From assembly GCF_001194135.2 (NCBI RefSeq), contig NC_068985.1, forward strand, positions 118,848,296-118,912,295: a DNA stretch of 64,000 nucleotides, given 5' to 3'. A model generated the notes under the pieces. It had not been told where the DNA came from and did not search any database. It saw only the letters and a list, made by a program, of their open reading frames with translations. Positions 13,178-25,160 of this stretch are shown in pieces (positions within the stretch are counted from its first letter, which is position 1; the number at the start of each line of letters is the position of its first letter). Source of the DNA: Octopus bimaculoides. Taxonomy: Eukaryota. The position numbers and the translations under genes were made by a program.

Positions 13178-14432
13178 TAATAATAATGGTTTCAAATTTT
13201 AGCATAAGGCCAGCAACTTTGGAGCAGAGGGTAAGTTAACTTTGATTCTAGTGCTTAACTGGTACTTATTTTATCAATCCTGAAAAGATGAAAGGCAAAG
13301 TTGACTTTGGACAGAATTTGAACGCAGAACATGAAGATGGATGCAATGCTGATTAGCATTTTGCCAAGCATGTTAATGATTCTGCCCTGCAGAAGAGCAG
13401 AATACCCTCAAGTGGCCATATAAACCAATCTTTGACACTATAGGGATGTTCTTCCTACCTACTCTTTGTAATTTTAAAGTAAGAATCAGTCTAAGTAACC
13501 CAGTCCCACTCTTTAGACTTGGAGGTCTGATCACAGTGACTCAATGGGGTAACATGGCTACAATAGCCAACAAGATGTAGGTTTTACATTGGAGTTGGTG
13601 TCATGATGATGATGATGATGATCATCATCCTCCTCCTCCTCATCATCATCATTTAATGCTCATCCTTCATGCTGGCATGGGTTGGATAGTTTGACCAGAG
13701 TTGGTAAGCAGGGGAGCTGCACCAGGTTCCAGTCTGATGTGGCTTGGTTTCTGCAACTTAATGCCTTTCCTAATACCAACCACTTTACAGAGTGTGCTGG
13801 GTGCTTTTTATATGGCACCAGCACAGGTGGGTTTTTGTGGCACTGGCATAGGTGCTATTAATCACCAAATCCTAGGTAAATTGTCTTACAGAGTTGGAGA
13901 GCTTCCTCTACCCTGGAGTTGCTGGAAAGGTATCAAAGAGGGTGCCAGATAACCTGAAGAACTACACCCTTTGATTTTCTGTTAAGGTTGACTCACCTTG
14001 CATTTTCCTTACCCAAGGTACTTACAAGGAAATGGTGGTCTTTACAAAGCACATATATCAAAACTACAGGTTTTATAGCAGCTTGAGTGATGCAGATATG
14101 GTTGTATGGTTAAGGTTGTAGATTTTATTTAACTGTGTGGAATTTTTGTCATGTTCCTTCTGTGTTAGCTTTGGGTAGATAAAATTCTTGTGAGTGAAAT
14201 TTGATAGATGGAATCTATGTAGAAGCTGATTAGAGGTACAGATCATGCTGTGAGGTGACAGACTTACTCTGTTCTTCATTTACAATAGACCACCAGATAG
14301 TGCTTGCGTTCCTTTAGTGGATTCCAATTGGTTATAATCACCCAGGGCTCACCATATGCATACACAGATACATAGAAATAAACATACATACATGTATATG
14401 GTGGCCAATTTTCCAATTACCCTTCATAGCAT

Positions 14433-14480
<48 letters not shown>

Positions 14481-14829
14481 TCTGCTAAAACACAATGAAA
14501 AATACTGCAATTGAGAGGAACCAAATGTTTCTATGAAATGTGATTAAATGGATCAAACAAATTAAAGAACAACTAATGATGTATGTAATTTGATTTACTT
14601 TACAGTAAACACCTACACAGAAATAATAATCTATTAGTTTATACTATCCTGTGGTGAAAAACACATCAAAGTTGTTGCTATTCAAGAGCTCTTTCAGTTC
14701 GGATGTACTCAATTTTTCCCCAACTAATTCCTTTTCATTCACTTCAAATCATCTGTATTTGCTGTTCTCTTTTACTTTCAAAGTGTCATATTTCTTACAT
14801 ATGTTTGCACAAGCAAAGGAAAGAGTTAC

Positions 14830-15245
14830 CTAAGTAAAGCTAAGCAAGTTTATTGAAGCAAAGCTGAGCAGGCTTACAGCAGCAAAGCTTAGAAAGCTTA
14901 CTGTAGGAAAGCTGAGCAGCATTACTCAAGCAGAGTAATTACTTGATTTTATGAAATCAAGTAATGTAGCACAGGCTTATTCAAGCAAATAATGCTGCAC
15001 AGGTTTACTCAAGTAAAGCTAAGCAGGCTTACATGAGCTCAGCTGAGCTGGATTATCCAAATAATGCTGGTAGGGTTACACAAGTAAAACTGAGCAGGCT
15101 TACTCAAGTTATATTTGACAGGTTTACTCAAGTAATGTTAGACAGGCTTACTCAAGTAAAGCTCAGTAGGTTAACACAGGTAAAACTGAGCAGGATTACT
15201 CATATAATGTTGGTCAGGCTTACTCAAGCAAAGCTAGGTAAGGTT
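14830..15245. repeat. Degenerate ~24-bp minisatellite, second array
   Basis: Same unit as 12468-12705; explains the RLTQVKLS-repeat ORF. Confidence 0.85.
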
Positions 15246-15478
15246 AGTGACATCAATAATGATATCTAGCAGATTTATAAAAACCAAGTGCTAAGCAATA
15301 AAAACAGTCTTGGTTTATTTTAAGAATCCACAAATGAAGTTATGGCATTAATTCATTTCTATTGAAGCTTTAATAGTGTCAGTAAAGGGTAAATCATAAC
15401 TGTGTCATAGATTCTACACTCAAGATGTTTATCTGATACTAGTTATTCCTACAAATAAAAAAATATTGATTTTCTAAT

Positions 15479-15655
15479 TTTAGCATTTAAACTGCTATAT
15501 CTGGCCAATATATTGTACCTGCTTTATGTTCAAACTGGCCAGATCTGGCATGTCATACCTATCCTACAAGATGATACATGATTAATTTTTTGTAAACGAG
15601 GATAAATAAACAAACATTACATTTGACAGAGTAATCAGCATGCAAAAGGGTTAAT
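15479..15655 (-). mobile_element. MITE with TTAACCCTTT(A/T)GCAT-type ends, degenerate
   Basis: Reverse-orientation homolog of 54343-54565; ends GCAAAAGGGTTAA. Confidence 0.7.
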
Positions 15656-16389
15656 GAGGTTTCACATTTGGCATAGAAAAAGTGTGGGGCACCAACTGAT
15701 TAGATCAAACCCCTGTGCATACATAATAGGTACTTTTATTTTATCAAACCTGGAAGGGTGAAAAGAAATGTCAACCTTGGTGGAATATGAACTCAGAACT
15801 TCATAGGCTGTAACTAAACACTGTAAGATATTTTGACCAATGCTCCACTGCATTTTGCCAATCTATTGTTGAGCTAGCAACAAATATGATAAATACAAAA
15901 AATAGAAAGCAAATAACAAAAAAAGATTACTTCCCACACAGAAAGATTATTGTTAATTCATAACTATTTCCTGAGAGATTTTTGTCAGAAAAACAGTGTA
16001 GAATAATTCCTGGAAAACATCTAATCACTGAAGACAATAACTATAACAGCAGCATCAACAATGACAAGAAAGAAATATAGAAAAATGAGAAAGAAGGGTC
16101 TAAAATCTGTCTTATGCTAAAAATAATAGCTGTCTACTCTCAGTGACACAGACTCAGGTACATGCATAAGCACAAACATATACATATAGACAACTACACA
16201 GATACACATTCAGGTAATGAATGCAGATATCAGAGTAAAATGTATTGAGAACTGTGACATTAGCTTGCATAAAATACTGAGTGTAAGTGAGGTGAAATGG
16301 CAACTGGGTATTAAAGGTGCTGGGCAAAGTATTTGGATGTCACATGAAGATCTATAACTGAGAGGAGGACATAGATGGTATGCTATTCC

Positions 16390-16439
<50 letters not shown>

Positions 16440-16848
16440 CGTTTTAATATACATCCACTTTTCATGCTTGTAAGGGTTGGACAGAGTTTATTAAGGTGGA
16501 TTTTCTACTGCTGGATGCCAGCCCTCACCTGTTTCCAAGCAAGCTAATATTTCCCCATGGCCAGGAGGAGGGCATCCAACTTTAGAAACTAAGTCAAAAC
16601 AAGCAATAGAGTTTAGCATAGTTCTAAGGCTTGCCAGCTCGTCAAACCATCGAACTCATGTCAACATGGAGAATGGACATTAAATGAAATGATGATATAC
16701 ATACATCTTTTTGGGGGAGAAACTGTTGCACCAATGACACATCCAACAATAACAGCAACAATGGCATTGACACCAGCAGCAGCAGCAGCAGCAATAATGA
16801 CAGCATAACAGCAGCTGTAACATCGTCAGCACAAGGGCACATACATAG

Positions 16849-17310
16849 AAATATGTCGGATCTACAGGTGGGAAATTAAAACATCATCTTAGCAATCACA
16901 GGTCCTCCTTTAGGATATTGGAGAGGTGTAACATCATGTCCCTGGTCAGCTATGTAGGGAATTTAAAAGAGGAGAGTATGCCATACATAATTAGATGGAG
17001 GCTTCTAGAACAATCAGGGCTATACCTCAATGGGAGCAAGTGGTGTAGGATTTGATTGGCTGAAAGAGCATGAATCCTGAAAAAAAAACTCACTTGACCT
17101 AGAATCTTTTTAAACTCCAAAGAAATGTTTAGTCAGTACTCTCATTACAGGAAATTTGTGTTGAAAACATGGAATTCCCTGTTTGCCAAGTAGAGAAATG
17201 CTGCCATCTTCAGCCATTATCAGCAAGCTTGCCATGGACATAACTGGGACCAATCTGAAGGAAATAAACCCACCTCACCCAAGGTTTACCAGTAGAGTTT
17301 TGTTCTGGAA
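16849..17310 (+). pseudogene. Penelope-like element GIY-YIG endonuclease C-terminus and 3' flank
   Basis: KYVGSTGGKLKHHLSNHRSSFR...SLVSYVGNLKEE...YIIRWRLL...GSKWCRI*LAE...LNSKEMFSQYSHYRKFVL; stops and a frameshift; 3' flank homologous to 56425-56565. Confidence 0.85.
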
Positions 17311-18080
17311 TTTATTTGTTTACAGAATTAACTGACTATCATGAATTCCTTCCTCCAATTGTAGAGAGGTTATGTGTCTTTGGTCATTTGTGTCTAACAA
17401 GTACGCTATATAGCTAAGTGCATCATACATGCAAAACCAGTGGTCACTCTTTGACCAGCCATATTAAACAACCTATATATATATATATATNNNNNNNNNN
17501 NNNNNNNNNNNNNNNNNNNNNNNNNNNNNNNNNNNNNNNNNNNNNNNNNNNNNNNNNNNNNNNNNNNNNNNNNNNNNNNNNNNNNNNNNNNNNNNNNNNN
17601 NNNNNNNNNNNNNNNNNNNNNNNNNNNNNNNNNNNNNNNNNNNNNNNNNNNNNNNNNNNNNNNNNNNNNNNNNNNNNNNNNNNNNNNNNNNNNNNNNNNN
17701 NNNNNNNNNNNNNNNNNNNNNNNNNNNNNNNNNNNNNNNNNNNNNNNNNNNNNNNNNNNNNNNNNNNNNNNNNNNNNNNNNNNNNNNNNNNNNNNNNNNN
17801 NNNNNNNNNNNNNNNNNNNNNNNNNNNNNNNNNNNNNNNNNNNNNNNNNNNNNNNNNNNNNNNNNNNNNNNNNNNNNNNNNTACAAATACTTTTCCATTT
17901 TTATTTTTATTATCTTTTTGTTGTTATTTCATGCATTTATTTTATTTTACTCTTGTTTTCTTTTCTTGTAATTATTTCACTCTAGTGTTCACTCCTGGGT
18001 ATTCTAGTTTGGCTCCTCCTATTTTTTTTTACTATTCTTTTTTCTTTTATAAATATTCCCCTCCTTACTCTTGTGCCTTG

Positions 18081-18118
<38 letters not shown>

Positions 18119-18234
18119 TACTTCCTCTATCTCTCTCTCCTCAATCAAGATGTTAACTGATTGTGGTAACAAGAAGTCTTACTGTTTTGACGTCTAATTG
18201 AATGAAGAATGAAGACCTTCAGAGTCAACAGCCT

Positions 18235-18278
<44 letters not shown>

Positions 18279-18787
18279 CTCTACCTACCTACCTACCTAT
18301 CTATCTACTTACCTACCTGTCTATCCATCCATCCATCTCCCTCTTTTCCCAAACAGAATGCTTTACTAAATATAAGACTTTTCTGAACCACTCCTTATTT
18401 GGGCACAAACTTTCAACATTTTAAGGAATGGGTTTGATCACTGATTAAATTTTAAGATGAGATATATCAACCCAAGTATATTACAGCATTTTTTGTTCTT
18501 TACGGCCATGGAGGAATGAAAGGTAAAGCTGAATACATTAGAATCAAAACTTAGTTAGTAAAGGGAGCTAACTAAATACAAGAACATATTTCTGCCAATC
18601 TATCACCCTCCTTTAATAATGATCTCCAGATTGGGTACAAGGTCACAAATATTGGAAGAAAACAGTATATATGAGTAAATTGACTATTTTATTTTTATGG
18701 ACCCTGGAAGGATAAAAGTCAAAGAAGACCTCTGCAGGGATCATCTTTGTTGTCTAATATTTTATCCTCCTTGATGATGATGATGAT

Positions 18788-18839
<52 letters not shown>

Positions 18840-18851
18840 GTAATAATAAAA

Positions 18852-19040
18852 AACACCAGGACTTATAAATATATATATATAACATACAGAAAATTGCACT
18901 ACTAGGCACTGCACACATCCTACGCAAAACACTTTCAATACAGTAACCATAAGAGCATCACAGCAAACCACAGCACATACCCAAGGCTCACAGAGCTGCA
19001 CTTGGTAGTGAAGTGAAAGCACGTTATAAAAATAAAACTA

Positions 19041-19043
<3 letters not shown>
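18852..19043 (+). pseudogene. R4/Dong-clade element, 5'-truncated 3' end (third subfamily) embedded in (TAA)n
   Basis: TPGLINIY..NIQKIALLGTAHILRKTLSIQ* (stop 18944-18946); TAA tracts on both sides. Confidence 0.85.
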
Positions 19044-19074
<31 letters not shown>

Positions 19075-19075
<1 letters not shown>

Positions 19076-19497
19076 TTCTTTCTACTAAAAGCACAAGGCC
19101 TGACATTTTGTGGGAAGGGGTAAGTTGAGTACATTGATCCCAGTTCTCAAATGGTACTTATTTTATCGACCCCAAAAGGATGAAATGCAAAGTTGATCTT
19201 AGTGGAATTTGAACTCAGAATGTAAAGACAGATGAAACACTGCTAAGCATTTTGTCTGGTGTGCTAACGATTCTGCCAACTCACTACCTTAAATACTACT
19301 AATAATAATAATCCTTTCTACTATAGGCAGAAGGCCTGAAATTTTGCAGGGAGAAGAGTAAGTCAATTACATCGACCCCACTATGCAACTGGCACTTATT
19401 TTATCGACCCCCACAAAAGGATGAAAGGCAAAGTCAACCTTGATGGAATCAGAACAGCTAAGTATTTTGCCAGCTTGCTGCCTTAAATACAACAACA

Positions 19498-19546
<49 letters not shown>

Positions 19547-19547
19547 A

Positions 19548-19578
<31 letters not shown>

Positions 19579-19790
19579 CCTTTCTACTATAGGCACAAGG
19601 CTTGAAATTTTGTGAGAGAGGACTAGTTGATTACATCGACCCTAGTGTTTCACTGGTACTTTATTGACCCCAAAAGGATGAAAAGCAAAGTCGACCGTGG
19701 CAAAATTTGAACTCAGAACATAGCGACAGGCCAAATACTGCTAAGCATTTTGCCCAGCATGCTAACGATTCTGCCAGCTCACTACCATAC
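19075..19790 (-). mobile_element. Three head-to-tail family A SINEs (19075-19292, 19312-19490, 19577-19790)
   Basis: Mutual homology; separated by TAA/TAC tracts. Confidence 0.9.
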
Positions 19791-19877
19791 TCAATAATAA
19801 TAATAATAATCGTAAGACATTGGAAGCAACTGTGAAGAAGACAACGAAAAGGAAGGTTTATTACTATTGTTACCAGC

Positions 19878-19908
<31 letters not shown>

Positions 19909-20670
19909 CCCATGCCACTATTGCTGCTGCTACTGCTGCTGCTTTTATGAAATTAAGGAATAATGAATAAACACTTGATTGTACAAAAGACTGAAGAGGA
20001 AATTACACAGTCACTGCAAGAAATACTCCTCTCTTTTCTAAAGCAATTTAAAGCTTTTGAATCTATTTTTATTTTATTTATTTTCCTGATAGTTTTTTTA
20101 ATTTTCATTGTTGTTGTTGTTGTTGTTGTTATTGATAATCATCTTCTCTTCTTGCTTTCTTTCTTTTTTTTTCCCCTTCTTTCTTTCAACTTTTCTTTTA
20201 TTTTCTTCCTCTATCCACCCCCTCTTAATTCAGCTTCCCTTAAGCCTTACCTTTCCTAAGCAACTAAACAACAAAAACAAATACAATAAAAACAAATGTA
20301 AAAAGAAAGTAAATACCAAATGGAAGAAAATGAAATAAAATAAAATGAAATAAAATAAAATAAAATAAGAAATTAGGTTAGTAATTAGCAGCTTATTAAG
20401 GAAGGTAAATAAAATGTCAGTCATCGAAACAGTAGATGTAAAAAAACTCAAATAATCTACTGTCATGTTACCCCTTCTCCTGAGCCCATCACTACCACCA
20501 TCCTCACTGTGTCATCATCATCATCATCATCACTGTCATCATTTTTGTCATCACTGTCATCATCTTCATCACCACCACAGTCATCATTGCAGAATGTTAT
20601 GACAGTTCTCGAGCGAAATAAAATTTTAAAAACAACAAAACTATCTCTTCTATCTGATCAAGAGAGAAAG

Positions 20671-20719
<49 letters not shown>

Positions 20720-20889
20720 AAGCAAGAGAGAGAAAGAAAGAGAGGGAGAGAGAGGAAAACCCAGTAATGTAATTCCTTCTGTATGCATACAATAGTCATG
20801 GAGATATATATTACCATAAATTTATTTTTTAACAAAATAACAATAATAATGATGATGATGATGATGATGATAATAGTAATAATAATAAT

Positions 20890-21044
20890 CATTGTTTACA
20901 CTATTTACATTTGATGGATATTTGTCCTCATCTTGTTTGTTGTTAACACAATGTTTCGGTTGATTTACCCTGCAGCCTTCATCAGGTGTCTTGGGGGAAA
21001 TTTTGAAACTAGATTCTTATTACTAAGGTATTTTTCGATTATTA

Positions 21045-21077
<33 letters not shown>

Positions 21078-21170
21078 CTATCATTATTATTCAGGTCACT
21101 GCCTGGAATCGAACTCGGAATCTTGGGGTTAGTAGCCCACACTCTTAACCACTACACCATATGCCCATGG
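20890..21170 (-). mobile_element. tRNA-derived SINE carrying a degenerate hammerhead motif
   Basis: Minus strand: tRNA-like head with A box TGGTGTAGTGG, anticodon-arm-like GGGCTACTAACCC, B box GAGTTCGATTCC; internal (TAA)n; hammerhead core at 20990-20945. Confidence 0.8.
20945..20990 (-). ncRNA. Minimal type I hammerhead ribozyme motif, probably inactivated copy
   Basis: GACAC-CTGATGA-A-GGCTG(10 nt)CAACC-GAAA-C-ATT-GTGTT; 5-bp stem I, one stem II mismatch, ACATT where ACGTT is expected. Confidence 0.6.
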
Positions 21171-21187
21171 TTCCAGGCAGTGACCTG

Positions 21188-21251
<64 letters not shown>

Positions 21252-21253
<2 letters not shown>

Positions 21254-21468
21254 CCTTTCTGCTAAAGGCACAGGGCCCAAAATTTTTGGGGGAGGTGACT
21301 AGTTGATTACATTGATTCCAGTGTTTCACTGGTACTTAATTTATTGACCCTGAAAGGATGAAAGGCAAAGTCAACCTTGGCGGAATTTGAACTCAGAATG
21401 TGGCAACAGGTGAAACACCACAAAGCATTTGATCCAACATGCTAACAATTTGCCAGCTCACCACCTTG
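21252..21468 (-). mobile_element. Family A SINE in (TAA)n
   Basis: Full-length homology; TAA tracts on both sides. Confidence 0.9.
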
Positions 21469-21739
21469 ATAATAATAATAATGGTTTCAAATTTATGATC
21501 ACTCCTCATGTTTCAATACAACATAGATCCACATATATGCAGAATTTAAATTTAAATTATGTAACGAGGAATGCCTAAACCTAGAATTGGTAGTATACCA
21601 TAATGCTGCTGGCTATCATTAGCTTTATCACTATTATTACTTTACTCGTCAGAGTTTTTCTGTCACATGTTCTGTGAACTCTTTAATGGTCACCTGTTCT
21701 TCTCTGCATCTCCTTGTCTTTCTGTCGGAAAAACAAAAT

Positions 21740-22290
21740 GGAATAGACAGGTCAAGACCAGAGACCACAGTGAATATGCATGAGATACGGATGCTAAAAT
21801 CTCAAAGAGAATAAGGGCATGTTGGGAGGTATTTAACTCAATAAATGTGCTCCAAACAAAGCTATACAATGCCATACATGTCAAACTCTTCAATAGTACA
21901 CCTGCACTCTTATATGTGAATGAGATGTGAGCTACTACAAACAGGATAGAACATTGGTTAACTACAATGCAAAGAGCCAGGGAAAGATCCCTGCTAAGAA
22001 TGTCACTAAAAGAGCACATTTGAAATGAGATAATTGGAGAATGGAACAGAGGGAACAATGTGATTGCAGAGTACTAAACATACAAGTTCTACTGAGCTGG
22101 ACAAGTTCCAAAGTTCATAGACAACAGGTGACCCATGCAGTTGTTGACTAGCATTGAAGAGATCAGAAAAGGCCACTTGGAAAACCCCCATAACAATAGA
22201 AAGACAATTTGGTCAAGCAATTTAGATCAAGATGGAAAAGAATTGTGCAATCAAGACAAAATTGGAAGTGAATTGTGACCAGTGGTGTTT
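21740..22290 (+). pseudogene. Decayed RTE-clade LINE, RT C-terminal region
   Basis: KISKRIRACWEVF...ALLYVNEM*...MQRARERSLL...EHI*NEII...*AGQVPKFIDNR*...KRPLGKP resembles RTE QRAMER/WAGHV/DNRW/GRP motifs. Confidence 0.75.
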
Positions 22291-22434
22291 AACAGCATCT
22301 GATCGCCTAGTTAATACTATGGTGTAACATATATATATTTACATAGATGACATATATATATATAATACACACAGAGACATATATTATGAATATGTTTATA
22401 CACACACACATGCACACACACATACACCCACACA

Positions 22435-22468
<34 letters not shown>

Positions 22469-22889
22469 CATGTATTTGCATGTGTTAGTGTTGATATTTG
22501 CAATAAATAGTTTGATGGTATAGATTTGAGAATAATTTATGGATGCAATGCTATAAACAGGAGATGTTTCTGAAAAAGAAAAATTACAATATAATATTTG
22601 GACAAGTCTGACCAATACTGGTTAGACACAGCTTCAGTTATCTTGAAGAATTAGTAAACAGTAAACAGATCATCATATGTCATGTATTAACCCACACAAG
22701 TCAAAACCAAAACCAAATAGCATAAGCAAGAGGATTAACTGTTGTACAAATCATGCTAATTCTTTAACATTCATAACTGGAAATATAAAAGCAAATACTT
22801 CAAAAGTATCACCTGCTACATGAAGTAAAGACTTAGTGTGTGTTTGATTTGCTTTCAAAGCTATAAATGAGAATGAAAGACATGACACA

Positions 22890-23110
22890 TGTTTGTAGAA
22901 TAACAAGAGAGGTTTATTCATCTAAATTATTCAAGAAGTATTGCAGCCAGCTAACAAGACAGCAAAATCTTGAACAGGTTCCATAGAAACTGGAACCAGT
23001 TACCAAGGGAGACAGAGGAGTTAAAGCCAAGTAACCATATCAAGACGAGACTTGATGAATATTGGAAGAATATCAAATTTGAAATGCACTTCTATGATAA
23101 AAGAGAGCAA
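22890..23110 (+). pseudogene. CR1-type LINE 3' end relic
   Basis: TREVYSSKLFKK...WNQLPRETEELKPSNHIKTRLDEYWKN resembles the CR1 WNxLP...FKxRLDxxW terminus. Confidence 0.7.
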
Positions 23111-23609
23111 ATATGAACAAGTTGACATTTACAGACTTTGCCTATGAGCAGTAAAAAAAAGAAAGAAAAAAAAAGAAAAAAAAAACAAATTCACAAACTG
23201 CATAGCATTTCGAATTTGCTAGAAAAATTCCAAGTCTAAAACAGAATTGCCTTTTCTTTTCTTTTTATTTATATTAAAAGAAGAGTTATAGTTAATGAAT
23301 CTATGTACTTGTATAACTTGTGCTTAGTTTATCAAGCTAGAGGTACATAAGGCGTACATCTTCTATGTCATTTGTCTCCCGTAGTCTTGTTGTTCAGCTT
23401 CTTTCTTCCGGCCTCTTTGTTTTACTATGTATCTCTAATTCTTCCTTCCTTTCATCAGCTGCCTCTTGTAGGCAACTGTTGCTCCTTTCTTTCCTTCTTT
23501 CTTTCTTTCTTTCTTCATTCCTTTTTTGTCTCTCATTACTTAACATTCTTTCTGTTGCATATTACTTGCTTCTCACTACCTTCACTTTTTCTTGTTAGTG
23601 TTTGTTGTC

Positions 23610-23830
23610 ACACATGCACACACACACACACATGCATGCACACACACACACACACATGCATGCACACACACACACACACACATGCATGCACACACACACA
23701 CACATGCATGCACATACACGTGCACACACATGCACGCACACACACACATGCATGCACATACACGTGCACACACACATGCATGCACACACACACATGCACG
23801 CACGCGCACACACACACACACACACACACC
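23610..23830. repeat. Compound (CA)n/CATG microsatellite
   Basis: Direct inspection. Confidence 0.95.
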
Positions 23831-24381
23831 AGCTGATTTTCTAATACAAAATGCTAATTATAAAGTGGAAGACAGTTGGTACAGAGTTATGCAGTAAATG
23901 GTACATAACAGAGAAAATTTCAACAAGAAGATATATGTATAACATTGTTGTAAGAAGAAAACATTGCAAAGAAGAATATTTGGTATGAAGCCACAGGGAG
24001 AAATAAAGTTTCTTGTATTAGAGTACAATACAATGTTTGCGATGTGACATACACAGACCACTTTTGGTTGTATGAAGTACTTCATGCACATAATCATGAC
24101 AGTCAAGAACACAACTGTGCTGCTTGTACACTAAGTTTCTAGTCAGTATTATAGAACAGACAAAGGTGCTGAGATGGTAGAATTGTTGGCACATCTGACA
24201 AAATGTAGTGTTTCTACTAGCTTTTTACATTCTGAGTTGAAATTCTGTCAAGGCTGACTTTGCTTTTTATCCCTTCAAAATTGATAAAATAAAAGTACCA
24301 GTTGAATACTGGGGCTGATGTAAATGACTTACTCTCTCCCTTAAAATTCTTGGCCTTTAGCCAAAATTTTAACTCATCATA

Positions 24382-24591
24382 CAGGGTGTGCACAAAGTCT
24401 GGGTACATGGGGATTAACACATACTTTAAGAAATTATTATTTCTTATATTTAATTGTTTATGTTATGATTTTATTTACTCNNNNNNNNNNTGGGGATTAA
24501 CACATACTTTAAGAAATTATTATTTCTTATATTTAATTGTTTATGTTATGATTTTATTTACTCCATGTACCCAGACTTTGTGGACACCCTG
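24382..24591. mobile_element. Tc1/mariner-type MITE
   Basis: 29-bp TIRs CAGGGTGT(G/C)CACAAAGTCTGGGTACATGG, TA on both sides; interior duplicated across a 10-N gap. Confidence 0.92.
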
Positions 24592-24744
24592 TAATACGGA
24601 GGTAAGCTTTCAGAAAGACAAGTGTATAATTTAAGATTGTTTTTTCTTTTTGTTGTAGCTATTTCACCACATCTATGTCCGAAATACTTTTCAGAAAGGT
24701 GTGAACTTTATTCAATTTCATTTACCTTTCTATATAAATATAAA

Positions 24745-25160
24745 GCATAGGTGTCACTGTATGGTAAGACGTTTGCTTCCCAACCACATGGTTTTGGGTT
24801 CAGTCCCAGTGTGTGGAACCTTGGGCAAGTATTCTATTGTAGCCTTGAGCTGACCAAAGCTTCATGAATGAATGTGGGAGATAGAAATTGAAAGAAGGTC
24901 ATTGAGTATAAATGTGTGCGTGTGCATGTGTGTGTGTTTGTGTGTGTTACTGTCGCCTTCTTTTCAAATGGTGTGTCACTGTCATGCAATGAATCTCCTT
25001 CATTTCCATTCTTCTATGAAAATGTCTGTATACGTGAGTATTATTTACTTAGAAACAAATAAGGGTTGGTGAATAGGAAAGGCATCCAGCTGTAGAAAAT
25101 CCATCTCAACAAATTCCATTCACCCCATGCAAATACAGAAAAAAAAAACTGTTAAAACGA
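24745..25160 (+). mobile_element. Family B SINE variant with RTE-like tail
   Basis: Same head and core as 52682, but tail is GGAAAGGCATCCAGCTGTAGAAAA...(GAT)n; related tails at 6420-6545, 16440-16560, 30880-31020, 44010-44380, 60930-61130. Confidence 0.8.

Noticed and set aside
14650-14810. Charged minus-strand peptide ELVGEKLSTSELKELLNSNNFDVFF
   Set aside because: Bounded by stops, no splice support, no recognised family.
21095-21168. tRNA gene (also heads at 27382, 48822, 52682)
   Set aside because: No proper acceptor stem, and each continues into a multi-copy body: SINE heads, not tRNAs.
24410-24562. Internal duplication in the MITE; similar duplications at 37245-37652 and 42820-43100
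   Set aside because: Near-identical copies on each side of N gaps indicate unmerged contig overlaps.
24659-24698. 40-nt exon-like segment; also a 12-nt microexon-like segment at 34454-34465
   Set aside because: Splice-like signals only; too short to distinguish from chance.
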